DNA of 64,000 nucleotides, taken from the NCBI GenBank assembly GCA_012295275.1, contig CM022675.1, positions 3,844,001-3,908,000 of the forward strand, written 5' to 3'. Below the pieces are notes generated by a model, which did not search any database, was not told the origin of the DNA, and worked only from the letters and a program-made list of their open reading frames with translations. Below are positions 45,553 to 64,000 of this stretch, one piece after another. This stretch comes from Chrysomallon squamiferum (lineage: Eukaryota > Animalia > Mollusca). The number at the start of each line of letters is the position of its first letter. Positions within the stretch are counted from its first letter, which is position 1. The translations under genes were made by a program, and so were the position numbers.

Positions 45553-45810
45553 CAGTGGCGTGCCAGGAGGGGTGTTGATGGGGTGGTGGCCCCGGGCATC
45601 CAATCAGAGAGAAAAACAAAACTAAATAAATTTGGTTTTATTTATATTTAAATTGAATAAAGTGTTTATTTTATGTTTCATCAGTGTTTACATATTCAAA
45701 ATATCTTCCTTTTTCATATTTTTTCTCAGTTCTACGCTTTATACTTGAGTCTTTGGGGCATACAATAAAGGAGTTGGCCCCGGGCATCACCAGATGTCTG
45801 CACGCCACTG
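45553..45810. mobile_element. 258-bp MITE upstream of HPSE-B
   Basis: Perfect 11-bp TIR CAGTGGCGTGC/GCACGCCACTG; internal direct repeat tggccccgggcatc twice; absent at the matching position of copy A; no clear TSD. Confidence 0.75.
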
Positions 45811-45973
45811 AACCGAGTACTCTATGAATATTCGTTAAACTAAAATAAATATACTGTTGTATGTAACCAAATAATCTGGAAAGATGAAGAGCGGTAACTC
45901 TGTTTTATTTTTACTTTTCCAACATGGACCGTCTTTTCGTTTTTTGAGTTCTTTCACGGATAGAATTTTAATC

Positions 45974-52767
<6,794 letters not shown>

Positions 52768-53947
52768 CCAGCACAGACCTGGTGTAAAATTACTTTTTAC
52801 TTGTTTACTTATTATTTTGTTGCTGTAAACATTAAGTAAAATAATGCAGATATCAAAATGTTTTTTATTTGTTTAGTTGTTGTTGCTGTTGTTGTTGTAT
52901 AGTTAGTTACAGGGAATAGGTATAATCAGGTGTTATGTATAATCCTACTTGTACATAATTATTATTGTTAATCTTATTGTTTTCTTTTTAATAAGGCTAG
53001 AAAATAAAATTAGACCGGTTTTATGCAAGTTCTGATAAAATTAAAATTTTGGGATCTTGCATTAGCAGATTTTCTCAAACAATACAAATAAACAAAATGT
53101 TTTGTAAGTTATTCATGTGGTGTGCATAAGATAGGTTATATGGAAAAAAGAACTTCACAGTTTGTAAGAGCATTCTGTCACAGCAGACACAGCTAGAGTT
53201 AGAAACAAAATTCTCACAATGAATTGTAAACTAGGATAATAGGCACAAACCAGTGACAGTGGTAAAAACAAATATTTGTATGTAATTGAAAATTTATATA
53301 CTACTTAAACCTGTTGGAGTTAAACCACAATTTAAATTTTGCTTATACATTATTTATGAAATGAAATAAAATAAATATTTTTAAAAAATGAAAAAATGTG
53401 AACGAATTTCAGATAAACCTTTTTTATTTGTTTGCATCATGTGTATTTTTGATGAATTATTGTTTTGATATTTTTAATTTATATTTTGTTTTAAAGATAA
53501 TAATGAAAGATAAAATATATACGTAAATTTTACATGATTAATTCAAACTTCCAATAGCAAATTTATTTTGTAAAATTTTATTTTATACTTGAATGTTTTG
53601 TAAAATTTTATATTTATAATAAAAGATTATTTGTATCTTGTTTGTTTTGCTTTATTTTAATTTTTGCAGCCTTCATGTACTGTTGTCAGCCTTTAATAGG
53701 AGTAAAATTACACCACCACAAATATGAAACAATCATCTGGAAGCATATAGTCCATGTCCTACACCCTCTCTGTCTGTCTGTCTGTCTGTCTCTCTCATTT
53801 GAAATTTTGAAATACAATCCACTAGTGAACATTAGAAAAGTTTCTGTTAGTACAATAAAAACAAATGATCTCAGGGTTGGATCATCTAGCATTTGTTTCC
53901 CAGCATATATGATACATTTTAACTTAATTAAAAATTTAAATTATTTG

Positions 53948-54634
53948 TCACACATAAACGTCTGTCCGTCTGTACAGCCATACAGTGTCTACACCAGCGC
54001 CAACAACAGCACACGGCTGCCACGATGGAAAAGGAAATCTGCAAGCAACTACGACAGCATCCTGTTTTAGTTCTCTTTCTAGTTTCTTCTCTAGTGGCTC
54101 CATCTGTTAACAAAAACAAAATAAATAAATAGTGTCAAATGAGACTGATTATGTCATCTAAGTACAGTTGGTTGGTCACATTGCATTCCAGTGACTTTAT
54201 TATCATTGTTTGAATAATCAAATATACAGTTTAATGTTAATGATCATTAAATGTAAGTTTTTTTCAATATGAAAATGAAATGGGATCATATAGATGATAT
54301 ACATTTCATTGAAAATATTTATTAACTTTTTGGGGGGGAAATTCCATAAAACAGCATAATTTATTTTGTAATTTTTTTTATGTATTTGTCTGCATGTTGT
54401 TTTTGTATCTTTGTTTAAGTCTATAATAAAAAAAAGTAACATAAAACTCACCATCTGTTCAACACCAAAAATAACAACATTTTTATACAGTGACATATCA
54501 GTCTGAAAGTGTAATTAAAAAACATTAAAAATAACAAAAATATTTTGTCATTTTGACAATACATTTCATTAAATTATTAGACTTTAAATATTTTTTACTT
54601 TTTCTTTGTTCTTTCTTTAAAATTATTTCTTTAT

Positions 54635-54675
<41 letters not shown>

Positions 54676-55385
54676 TTATATATATATATATATATTGTTG
54701 TTTTTTTTCAAATAAATTTTATTGATAGGAAAATATTTATCTGTATAACTGAATTGTTTAAAACTATTTACCAGCCACAGATCCTTTTTCAAAAAAGTTG
54801 TTTTTGCAGCAACACCCTGTCTGTGAGCAGTCAGGCGTGAATATAAAACTAACCAAGTGTTAAGTTCCACACCAGTTGCCTGGAAACCACGCTTGGCTGC
54901 CTCAATAACCTGTTAAATGATTAATTTAAACTTTATTTTATTTTTATGAGTAATGATATATTTTTAAAATAATATTAAATAAATAAATAAAATCATATTT
55001 ACGATATTATCTGCTTTTATAGTGTAGACGATAATTAATATTCACTAAATTATAAATAATTTATTTAATATTTACTACTGATAATAACAACAGGACTTAC
55101 AATTCGTCCATCTCCACTTCCGATGTCTATTAGTTTTCCCGTTCTACCCTTTAATGCGTTAAATACATTACTAACTTGATTCGCTGTTGCTGGGACAAAA
55201 GGTAAACAGATTCGTCGTAATGCTGGCAACAAAAACGGAACCGTCACTGAATATATACCAACAAAACAAGCGCCAGAAATTCCCAAAATCGCAACACCAG
55301 CTTTTGTTAAAGTTGGTTTAACCTTGTTTTTATTTTCAGCGCCGAGATTTACAAAAGCATCCTCAGACAATGTATCAGTTTTCAT
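53948..55385 (-). CDS. ATPSCKMT: ATP synthase subunit C lysine N-methyltransferase (FAM173B-like), 4 exons, 209 aa
   Basis: Exons 55385-55101, 54909-54772, 54502-54452, 54103-53948, all phase 0. Motifs [72 protein letters not shown] match FAM173B. Confidence 0.93.
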
Positions 55386-55526
55386 AATAAATTTATAATT
55401 TAAACAAACTAATTAACTTCTGTTGCCATTTCACATTTTAAGTATGGAAATCTATGGGCGCAGCCATTTTCCAAGGGCGGTTACTCTTTTTTTTTTCTAA
55501 CGTACATAAAAGCTATTAAAACACCC

Positions 55527-55600
55527 CGTGTTGGCAGGGAAGCATGATTCGGGCACCCTCCGCGTGGAAGCGAAAAGCACGGATGTTCAGTACACACATG
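55527..55600 (-). pseudogene. Possible highly decayed tRNA-Gly-like sequence in the ATPSCKMT promoter
   Basis: Minus strand TTTTCGCTTCCACGCGGAGGGTGCCCGAATCATGCTTCCCTGCCAAC resembles the 3' half of tRNA-Gly (TTCTCGCCTGCCACGCGGGAGGCCCGGGTTCGATTCCCGGCCAA); the T-loop is destroyed. Confidence 0.3.
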
Positions 55601-55878
55601 TCTTCATAACTTGAAAACTCACCTAAAGACACTACCAAGAACTGCAAAAACTTTAAACCCAGATAGATTAATAGTCACTACTAAGATTGACACTAGTACA
55701 GTATTTAGTACTATTACAGCTTTCTGCAGGCCTATGCCAGCATAAGAATATTATTAGAGAATAATTAGATTTTGAATTTTTAAAAAATAAATAAATAATA
55801 ATAAAAATTCTTATTGTAAACTGTGTTATTATTTTACATAACATTATAATCTTTAATTGATATAAAACAAAATATTGT

Positions 55879-55933
55879 TGGCCCATGTGGGGGTCGAACC
55901 CACGACATTCGCGTTATTAGCACGACGCTCTAA
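55879..55933 (-). pseudogene. 5'-truncated tRNA-Ile(AAT)
   Basis: Minus strand TTAGAGCGTCGTGCTAATAACGCGAATGTCGTGGGTTCGACCCCCACATGGGCCA has an intact anticodon arm (AAT), a T-arm with GGTTCGA and the 3' acceptor strand; the first ~19 nt are replaced by a poly-A tract. Confidence 0.85.
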
Positions 55934-56422
55934 TTTTTTTTTTTTTTTTTTTTACATTGTAGATATATATTTATTAACAGTAAAAAAAAATCGGCTGTAC
56001 TATGTTATTACAGTATTTTACTTTATCTATGAATCGCAAAAAATGGCCCCTGTAACATACAAATTAACAAAGGTAATAACTGTAATGTCTAATAAACCTT
56101 TTTTTAAATCATCTAAATGAATCCATAATTATTCTGTTTATTCATCTGTCCAGAATAAGTCCATAATCATTTTGTTAATATATCCCAACTGAATACGTTA
56201 TTTTGTTTGATCACTGAAACTGAGTCCATATCATTTTGTTTAATCATCCAGATTAAGTCCATATCTACTGTACAAGTCTTTTGTTGTCACTCCTTCAACA
56301 TCAGCTATTCTGCCTAATACCATCTGTCCGACATCTTATTTAATTTTTTTTTAGTTTTTTTTTTTATCGATCGTAATTATAAAAATTAATTTGGATGTAA
56401 ATTGTAATGGAATTGTGAGTTT

Positions 56423-56465
<43 letters not shown>

Positions 56466-56931
56466 TATATTTGACATACACTTCTTGTTTCCAACACAAC
56501 TATTTTTCTTGTTGTGTTTGTTTCAGCATTAAAGGAGAACAAAGCATAAGGGTGTATTAATAATTTGTTTATTTATTTCTATTATCATTAACAAAATAAC
56601 AGTGACACGTGACTAAAGGTGTAGACTGGTCTGACCAGAGTAATCTACTGTCATTCCATAATTGTGCTTTAGGCACTTTAAAAATAGTTTCAAAAACTAT
56701 TAAAGTCATATTTATCTTTTCAAATATTAAACTGGATATAATATAAAGTGCTGAATACTAATGTAATACTAAATTAATAAATAAATATAAATCAACTGTC
56801 TATAAAAAAATGCACATGACAGTGTAGAATCTCCCTTTTCTAAAACCTTCTTCAGCCCAAATAATTCTCTCTTTTATAAATTTATTATTTTTAAAAATAC
56901 TTCTATATATATATACAATTCTATAGATGAA

Positions 56932-57116
56932 TTAAATATTTTTGTTCGCCAATACATCTGAATCCTTATCTGCAAAATAAATAAATAAATAAATAAATAA
57001 AAAAGAAATAAAATAAAATAAAATAAAATAAAATAAAATATATTACAAATGCCATTAGTTAATCTAAATTTTAAACCTAAAATCACATTTCTGTGTCAAA
57101 TGAAGAGTAAATAATT

Positions 57117-57155
<39 letters not shown>

Positions 57156-58371
57156 GTAATAATAATAATAATAACAATAATAATTATAATAATTATAATA
57201 AATAATGTTATTACACTTGTTTTTGAGAGCAGCATTATTAACAGCATTAGTAGTAGGACATAACTATTAGTACCAGCAGTAACAGTAGTAATAAGTAGTA
57301 ATAGTAGTAACAGTAGTGAAAGAAGTTGTTGGATTAGTAATAGTAATAGAAGCAGAAAAAGCAGCAGTTGTTGTAGCAGTAGACGTAGCAGTAGAAAGAT
57401 GTAGTAAAGTATCAGTAGTAGCAGACGATAAAGATGAAAACTAATTAAATAATAACATTCACGATTAAAATTAATGCAATATTTTTTAAAATTATGTGTA
57501 TGTATGCATGTATGTGTGTATATATATATATTGACAGAATTTAAAAATCTGAAGTCAGTCTAATGTTTTTGAAAATAGAAAATTATAACATTACTATTTA
57601 TTTCTGATCTTTTGCGCATGTCCAATAGTTTACTTCTGAAGCGGATTACCAAATCCGCCAAATTATTTTCTGGCCTGGGTTTACTTAGTTCACTAATTTT
57701 ATTTACAAGTTCTTTGTTATTTTTGAACAATTTATCCACCTCGTTCATGTAGTCAGAACCTTCTTCTCTCTTTTTTTCATTAAATTCATGGAGTATATCA
57801 TCGTAAAGTTTAGTATATGTTTTCATTTCTTCCGTTTCCGTTACAAGCGTCTGAACGGAAGTACTTATTGCATCAAACGTGGAGGACACCACCAAAAGAT
57901 CGTCTGCATTGGAAAGTATTAATAATAATAATAATAATAGTAATAATAACAATAACAATATCAAGAGAATTAAAGAAAAGGAAATAATAGCAAATTTATT
58001 TATTCTAATTATTATGTTATTATAATTAATGGTTCTCTAGTAGTAATTGTTGTTGTTAAATCTGTAGCAGCAGCATTAGTAGTAACAGTGTAAAAAACCT
58101 CTTATTATTGTTATTATTATTGTTATTGTTGTTGTTGTTGTTTTTATTATTGCTATTATTATAGTTTCTGTTGTTGTTGTTACAGTTATTATTCAAATAA
58201 ATAGAAAGATCCTGCCTCACTCAATGAATTTTCAAATACTGATTTTGTTTTTTTTTCGTTTCAGTTTCAAATTTGTAATCAGCATTTGTGTCTTAAATGC
58301 TAAACACTCTTCTGCTTACCGACGCACCCCGCTAACACCTCAGAGAGTTGACGCAGTTGTTCTGATTTCAT
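56932..58371 (-). CDS. Uncharacterised 132-aa, probably alpha-helical/coiled-coil protein, 3 exons
   Basis: Exons 58371-58320 (aaaATG..GTC G|gtaagc), 57903-57595 and 56969-56932 (ttattttgcag|..TAA); both introns are phase 1 and join without stops: MKSEQLRQLSEVLAGCVDDLLVVSSTFDAIS...RKRSEINNKDSDVLANKNI*. Confidence 0.7.
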
Positions 58372-58407
58372 TTTGTTTTTTCTCTTGCCGAAACACATGA
58401 TTGTTGT

Positions 58408-58429
58408 ATGACGTAAATACTGACGTCAT
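58408..58429. promoter_or_regulatory. Paired CRE/ATF-like sites (TGACGTAA plus TGACGTCA) just upstream of the 132-aa gene
   Basis: atgacgtaaatactgacgtcat, about 37 bp upstream of the ATG. Confidence 0.55.
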
Positions 58430-58512
58430 ATATCGGGCACTTCACTTTAGCTTCTAGTGCTACAACGAATTCCAGAGTAATTACAAACATATCAAATATA
58501 ATCAGGCATAAT

Positions 58513-58878
58513 CAGGGCCGGATTAACTTCTACTGAATTCTGGTGCCCCTTTTTAACTCTTTAACACCATATCAGTGTTTTGTGATAGCACCCTTTTCTG
58601 CTTTTTAGCAGTACCGTAAAAACATCTTACTATACTTAATACTCTATCCAGGGTTGACGTGACCATAAACCATTGCAATCTTGCCCTGGAAAAATACATT
58701 TATTTAAAGCTGTATGCGTGTGGATATTTTGATTAATGATTAATTCAAAGTTGACAGTTTGTTCAATGTTCCATAAAAAAAAAAAAAAAAAACATTAGGC
58801 AATGGAAAATGTGCATGGTGCCCTTCCCGTGATGCCCTAAGCACGTGCTTATTTTGCTTAATTGTTAATTCAGTCCTG
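58513..58878. mobile_element. Non-autonomous hAT-like MITE (366 bp)
   Basis: Imperfect TIRs CAGGGCCGGATTAAC / GTTAATTCAGTCCTG; flanks ggcataat / gatataat match 6 of 8, consistent with a decayed 8-bp TSD; subterminal ggtgccc motifs. Confidence 0.7.
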
Positions 58879-58907
58879 GATATAATGACATATGAAATAG
58901 CTTTCAG

Positions 58908-58958
<51 letters not shown>

Positions 58959-59084
58959 TGCGAAATTGTCGTTTTAGACTCTTTCAGATTTGAAATACAT
59001 CTATTTCTCCCCCTGTTGGGATATGCTAAAATCTCTAATTATGTTAACTTCGATTATACTTAAATAAAATCCACTGACAGATTG

Positions 59085-59120
<36 letters not shown>

Positions 59121-59397
59121 GTGTTTTATTAAGATAGATACCTGATCTTGAAACACACATTGGTCATAATTTACTTGTTTAGAACCTTGACAGTCTAGGG
59201 GATATCTTTAGCTATTAGCATAGATACACTATTTGCAGAACTAACTTCTTTCTAATGATGTAGATGTTCATTTAGTTTCTGGTGCCTCTTCTTGATGGCA
59301 CAATTAAAATTTCAAAAAATGTGTGAGATACAATGTTAAGATGTATATATTAGGATAGAGACCGTATCCAAAAAAGAAAGAAAGAAAGAAAAAAATG

Positions 59398-59434
<37 letters not shown>

Positions 59435-59533
59435 TTAAATAATTTATACAGATTTTTACAAACACAATTTCTTCACAGTTCGGTTCTTTTCTCCTAAACA
59501 TACCAGATATCTGCTGAATTAATTCTCATAATT

Positions 59534-59590
59534 TTAGCACGGGGAAGGTTTATCTTTCTTTGTACTAATATTCTTTATCTAATATTCTTG

Positions 59591-59655
<65 letters not shown>

Positions 59656-59700
59656 AAGAATATTAGATGTATATAGAAAGAAAAACCTTCCCCGTGCTAA
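59534..59700. mobile_element. Fold-back/MITE-like palindrome with a central (TA)n tract
   Basis: ttagcacggggaaggttt..atctaatattcttgtt-(TA)n-aacaagaatattagat..aaaccttccccgtgctaa. Confidence 0.75.
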
Positions 59701-59824
59701 TATATATATATGCAGACAATAGTACAATTACAAACAGAGAGAGTATGCATTAAATGGCTTGTATGAATATTTATAGTATAGCGACATCTGTGTCTAGAGA
59801 CTGTATGATTACTTCACATTCAGC

Positions 59825-59897
<73 letters not shown>

Positions 59898-59996
59898 AAG
59901 TGCACAGACATACACACGATATTATGGCGATAAGGGTAGAGAAGAATAAGAAGAAACATTTAAAACAAATATGTAAATTTGATTTATTTGAATTAT

Positions 59997-60804
59997 TTAT
60001 TTATATGGATCTGTAGAACAGGGTTGGGTAAACACCTGGTCTATGGTGTCAATCCACGAGGTGGACACCCACTTAGAGCCAATAAGTACAGGACACGCAA
60101 AGTGTTCCATGTCTTCTATTTCAGACCCATTCTTGTAATAATTGTACCATATCGCTGCTGATCTTTTCTCTGGAAATATCTTCAGTCCGTAAAAAGGAAA
60201 AACAGTAGCACCACCGGCTTCAACATCACTCAAATAAAACAGCCAAGTAGCGATTCTGTTGGAATATTTATCATAATCGTTAAACTTAGCCTTATCTACA
60301 TGAAAATTAAAATAGCCACCAATTCCATAGTTGGCAGCATGCCACGAAACAAACTGATCAACAACAAGACCCGTAATCGCTGCAGTTCTTTTGTTAACTC
60401 TTATCAGAGAACTGCTTTCAAAAGACGGTACATGAGCACTCTGAGCAATTTCAAAATCAGACTGACCATATCGTTCTTGTATCGGGGATATTATTGGAAC
60501 AGCTACTATTTTAAATTCAGAAAGTTCTTCTTCACTGATAACATCGTGATAAAGAGAAATTTTAGGAGACAGGTGAAGTTCCTCTTCTTTCACTGGCTGA
60601 AGAAGTAGCAGTGGATGGTTATTGTTGTTGTAGTAGAAGCACTTCAAATGATGTGTGTTCTGTACTTGTGATATAAAACCATCGGGACAGTATCTGCTAA
60701 ACCTGTAAAACAACAACTGAATAATACAGAATAAAAAAATAAAAATAAAAATTAATGTTAAAAAATTATAAGAAATAAAATTAATAGTAATAATAATAAT
60801 AATG

Positions 60805-60838
<34 letters not shown>

Positions 60839-61718
60839 ACTTTCCTTTAAAAAATATTTAAAATTTAAAATATAATAAGACACTTAATTTTATGTACCTG
60901 TTTTTATCTCGTTTTATCTCTTTGTAAATGTCATCTGAATGATTTTCACGTTTTAATTTCTCTTCATAAAACTTCTTTTTCTTCAAAGCTCTCTTCAGAG
61001 TCGGATCTAATTTTAACTGTTCTTTAGTCAGCTCTAGAGCCAGACCAAACCTCTTTTTGTTTTCACATGCTCGTATACAGTAATCTAAAATTACCACTCG
61101 AGATATGCTTTTATTTTCTTCGTCGTTTGCCAAATCAAGTGCAGTTTTCATCCACTGATATGAATGATAAAAATTGTGAATGTCGAATGCAAGACTACCT
61201 AACTGAAAACAGTCTTCTGCTGACAAAGGTGGAACACGTTTTCCACTGATGTAACCCTTTGCTAAGTTTGTACTGTTTAGTTCGTATGAATCTTGAATGA
61301 GGAAGATTGATCTGGCAATACCCTTTAAATCTACAAGTGAAGGCAGATGTTCACGTAATGCAGCTAGCTCAGCAAGAAGAGTTTGCGATGCTCCGATTTC
61401 TTCGAGAACGACGGCAACATCTCGATTCCAATCCAAAGCGAAACGTTTAATGAACTGAAAAGCACCGTTTGGATTGGCTATGTAATACACAGGATCCGCT
61501 AACGCTTTCGAACTGTGTGCTTCCATTTCGTCTGCAATCCTTGACAACTTGTCCAGGTTTGTGTCTTTGTCACGTGCACGAATGTAGTCCTTCATTAGTT
61601 GAGCCATGTCTTTTTCAGCGTGTAATGCACCATACAAATGTGACACTGATGTGAACAATTCGGCATTTGTCGAACTTATCACTAAAAATATAAACAAGAC
61701 ATCGAAAAAGCCACGCAT
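59997..61718 (-). CDS. Prolyl 4-hydroxylase alpha subunit-like protein (divergent), 2 coding exons, 508 aa
   Basis: Exons 61718-60898 (AG|gtacat) and 60702-59997 (ttttacag|G), phase 2. Signal peptide then AELFTS; P4Ha_N ANPNGAFQFIKRF..DW; TPR LSAEDCFQLG; catalytic ANYGIGG.F..HVD, NRIATWLFYLSDVEAGGATVFP, HFACPVLIGSKW. Likely 5'-UTR intron about 61751-62380. Confidence 0.93.
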
Positions 61719-62471
61719 ATTTAAGACGAGAGGAATTAAATCCTATTACACTGTTATGGTAGACTCCTGTTTCTCCTACTACTACTACAGCTACTGCTGC
61801 AACTACAACTACAATAATTACCTTTACCACGAATACTTCTACTGCTACTACCGTCACCAATACCACTACCACCACTGTCGTATATAGAACGTAGATAATA
61901 TTTGAAACCAAATAACACAGGATAAAATACTATTAATATTCTATGTCGGTACATCTGATGCAATTATTATTTTTTTTTTATTATTATTAATGTGGTTTTT
62001 TTTATTATTATTATTCACATGAAAAGTACACATATGTTCCCATTTGACACGGAGTATGATTTAAATAGCTTATATTACTGATAATGTTACAATATCATTA
62101 CAAAGTGTGTTCTGTATCAGAGAAATGGAGTATCATTTCACAACCACCACTACTACAACTACTACTGCAACCATTATTTATCCACTACCACTACTACAAC
62201 TGTTATCAATACCATTACTACTACTACTATTATTATTACTTCTAGTAGTAGCATTAGTACTACAATTGCAACAACAACGACAAGTATTACTACTGCTACT
62301 ACTACGACACTGAAACTATTCGACTGTCGGTATAGCTGCTTTAAACTCTGTAATCAAGTAAATAGGAAAATTTCACTTACGACTTTCTATAAATCAGTTT
62401 CTCAATTGCTTTGCACTACTTAGTTTTTATTATTTATTTATTTATTTTTCTTCTTGTCTTTATTATTATTA

Positions 62472-62529
<58 letters not shown>

Positions 62530-62534
62530 CTCAA

Positions 62535-62557
62535 ATGACGTAAATATCTGACGTCAT
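62535..62557. promoter_or_regulatory. Paired CRE/ATF-like sites upstream of the P4H-alpha 5'-UTR exon
   Basis: atgacgtaaatatctgacgtcat, about 155 bp beyond the gtaagt donor at 62380. Confidence 0.55.
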
Positions 62558-62753
62558 CAGAAGCATGACCTTGGAGTGGAACTTTTAAGCTTTTACCTCT
62601 ACATAATGCAGTGTAAGTTTTATCGTTTCGCATTACAGTAATCACAAATGCTAAATAAATGATTAAATAAATGAATACTTAGCAATGCAAGGGAGAATCC
62701 TAAACGTAAAAGGGGGTGGGGATTTGGGGAAGTGACACTTCTGTCGAAGTAAC

Positions 62754-62813
62754 TCAGTGGTCAGATATATATGATGCACAACTTATAATAGTATCATTCT
62801 GTAAACAGCAGCA

Positions 62814-62856
<43 letters not shown>

Positions 62857-63397
62857 TAATAAATAAACAAATTAATTAATATAAAAATTAATAAAATAAA
62901 TGTAATATAATATAATACAAAAATAACAAAAAACATAACAACGTAACGTAACGTAACATAATGTAAGGTAACGTAGTATAACGTAGCATAAAATAGTATA
63001 TAAATTAAAATAAAATAAACATCAGTTTCTTTAGATATTTTAAATATTATTTTCCTCAAAAATCATCGTTCTGTTTGCACTAAAGTGACATAATATAATA
63101 TACTATTAGATAATTTAATGTAATGTAATGTAATGTAATATAATATAATATAATATTATGTAATGTAAATAATACAATACAGTACAATACAGTGCAATAT
63201 ATAAATAAAAATAAAATAAATGTTTATCATCTTTTCGATTATTTTAATAGATTCGCTCTGCCTGAGTTTAGTTGTTGTTTGTAACGCCAGAATTAAAGTT
63301 TTACCTCCTCGAACTGAAGATATCCCTCACTACAGTGAGTTTAATACAATAAACACAACATAATGTAATTTTAAACACATATACACACACATTCAGG

Positions 63398-63477
<80 letters not shown>

Positions 63478-64000
63478 AATACATACAAACACACGCACGC
63501 ATATAGTCAGACATAACGTAATACATGCACAAACACACATGTACATGTATACATACATACATACATACATACATACATACATACATACATACAAACCGAC
63601 ATACACACTCCCATATATCCACAAATGACGTTAACTCCATGAATTAGAGAACAAAACTTAAATTAACGTTTTTCTAAATGAAATAGTTTAAAAATGTGTT
63701 TTTTTTTTTTTTTTTTTTTTTTTTGTTTTTGTTTTTACAAAGTAGAATATCGCGGGATTTTTGTTTTTTTTACTGAAGTGATCTATTTGTTTTACAAACG
63801 GTGTGTAGAATATCGCGGGTGTTTTTTTTTTTTTACTGAAGTGATCTATTTGTTTTACAAACACTGTAGAATATCGCGGGTGTTTCAGACAGTTCTTCAA
63901 ACCAGGCGAGTCGGGCCCAGTTAACCTCAACAAGTTTGTAACACGACTCTACGTCCCGTCTCTGTCTCTCTGTCTCAACCACTGCATCGACCACACCACC
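62754..64000 (-). CDS. 3' part of an unidentified gene entering from the right edge (3 exons visible, including a 25-nt micro-exon)
   Basis: Exons >64000-63837 (CA|gtaaaa, phase 2), 63329-63305 (ctgtag|..GAG|gtaaaa) and 62798-62754 (tttacag|..TGA) give GGVVDAVVETERQRRDVESCYKLVEVNWARLAWFEELSETPAIFYSVCKTNRSLHEGYLQFEENDTIISCASYISDH*; phases agree. Family not recognised. Confidence 0.6.
63731..63880. repeat. About 60-bp tandem repeat (about 2.5 copies) overlapping an exon end and donor
   Basis: gttttacaaa..gtagaatatcgcggg..tttttactgaagtgatctattt repeated. Confidence 0.85.

Noticed and set aside
56180-56200. ccaactga as the missing 5' part of the tRNA-Ile (split or interrupted tRNA)
   Set aside because: Only 8 nt match, it is not followed by gcta or the acceptor stem, and it lies inside a degenerate ~35-bp repeat.
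60300-61963. Short ORFs antisense to or overlapping the P4H-alpha gene
   Set aside because: Shadow frames of the real CDS or of simple repeats, with no independent motifs.
63305-63329. EGYLQFEE as an EF-hand loop
   Set aside because: Spliced context (RSLHEGYLQFEENDT) lacks the D-x-D/N ligands and the following helix.

Overview
AT-rich, intron-rich, microsatellite-laden animal DNA; a lophotrochozoan such as a mollusc is my inference. Most ORFs in the track are microsatellite artefacts, so I built spliced gene models by hand using GT-AG sites and phase checks. In order, the window holds: a possible first exon of a divergent minus-strand gene (217-357); a 24-exon PHF14 (+, 1558-19153); and a tandem duplication of a 10-exon GH79 heparanase (copy A 22459-36859, intact, with a decayed Gmr1-type LTR retrotransposon in intron 1 and a 27-copy 85/88-bp satellite in intron 7; copy B 45974-52767, with a 1-nt frameshift). 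Between the two copies lies a divergent G-protein gamma-subunit gene that the ORF track does not recover (-, 40128-43857; 13-nt micro-exon, CaaX end, in-frame TAA that could be spliced around), among LINE, hAT and Ginger-like relics. Further right are ATPSCKMT/FAM173B (-), a 5'-truncated tRNA-Ile(AAT), an unrecognised 132-aa three-exon gene (-), a divergent prolyl 4-hydroxylase alpha with one coding intron (-), and the 3' end of another unidentified gene (-). The most notable items are the hidden G-gamma gene, loop-focused divergence of the short-linker heparanase pair, an intronic array of about 26 recursive-splice-like CAG|GTAAGT sites, and a shared double-CRE element upstream of two adjacent genes. 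No database searches were run; family assignments come from remembered motifs.
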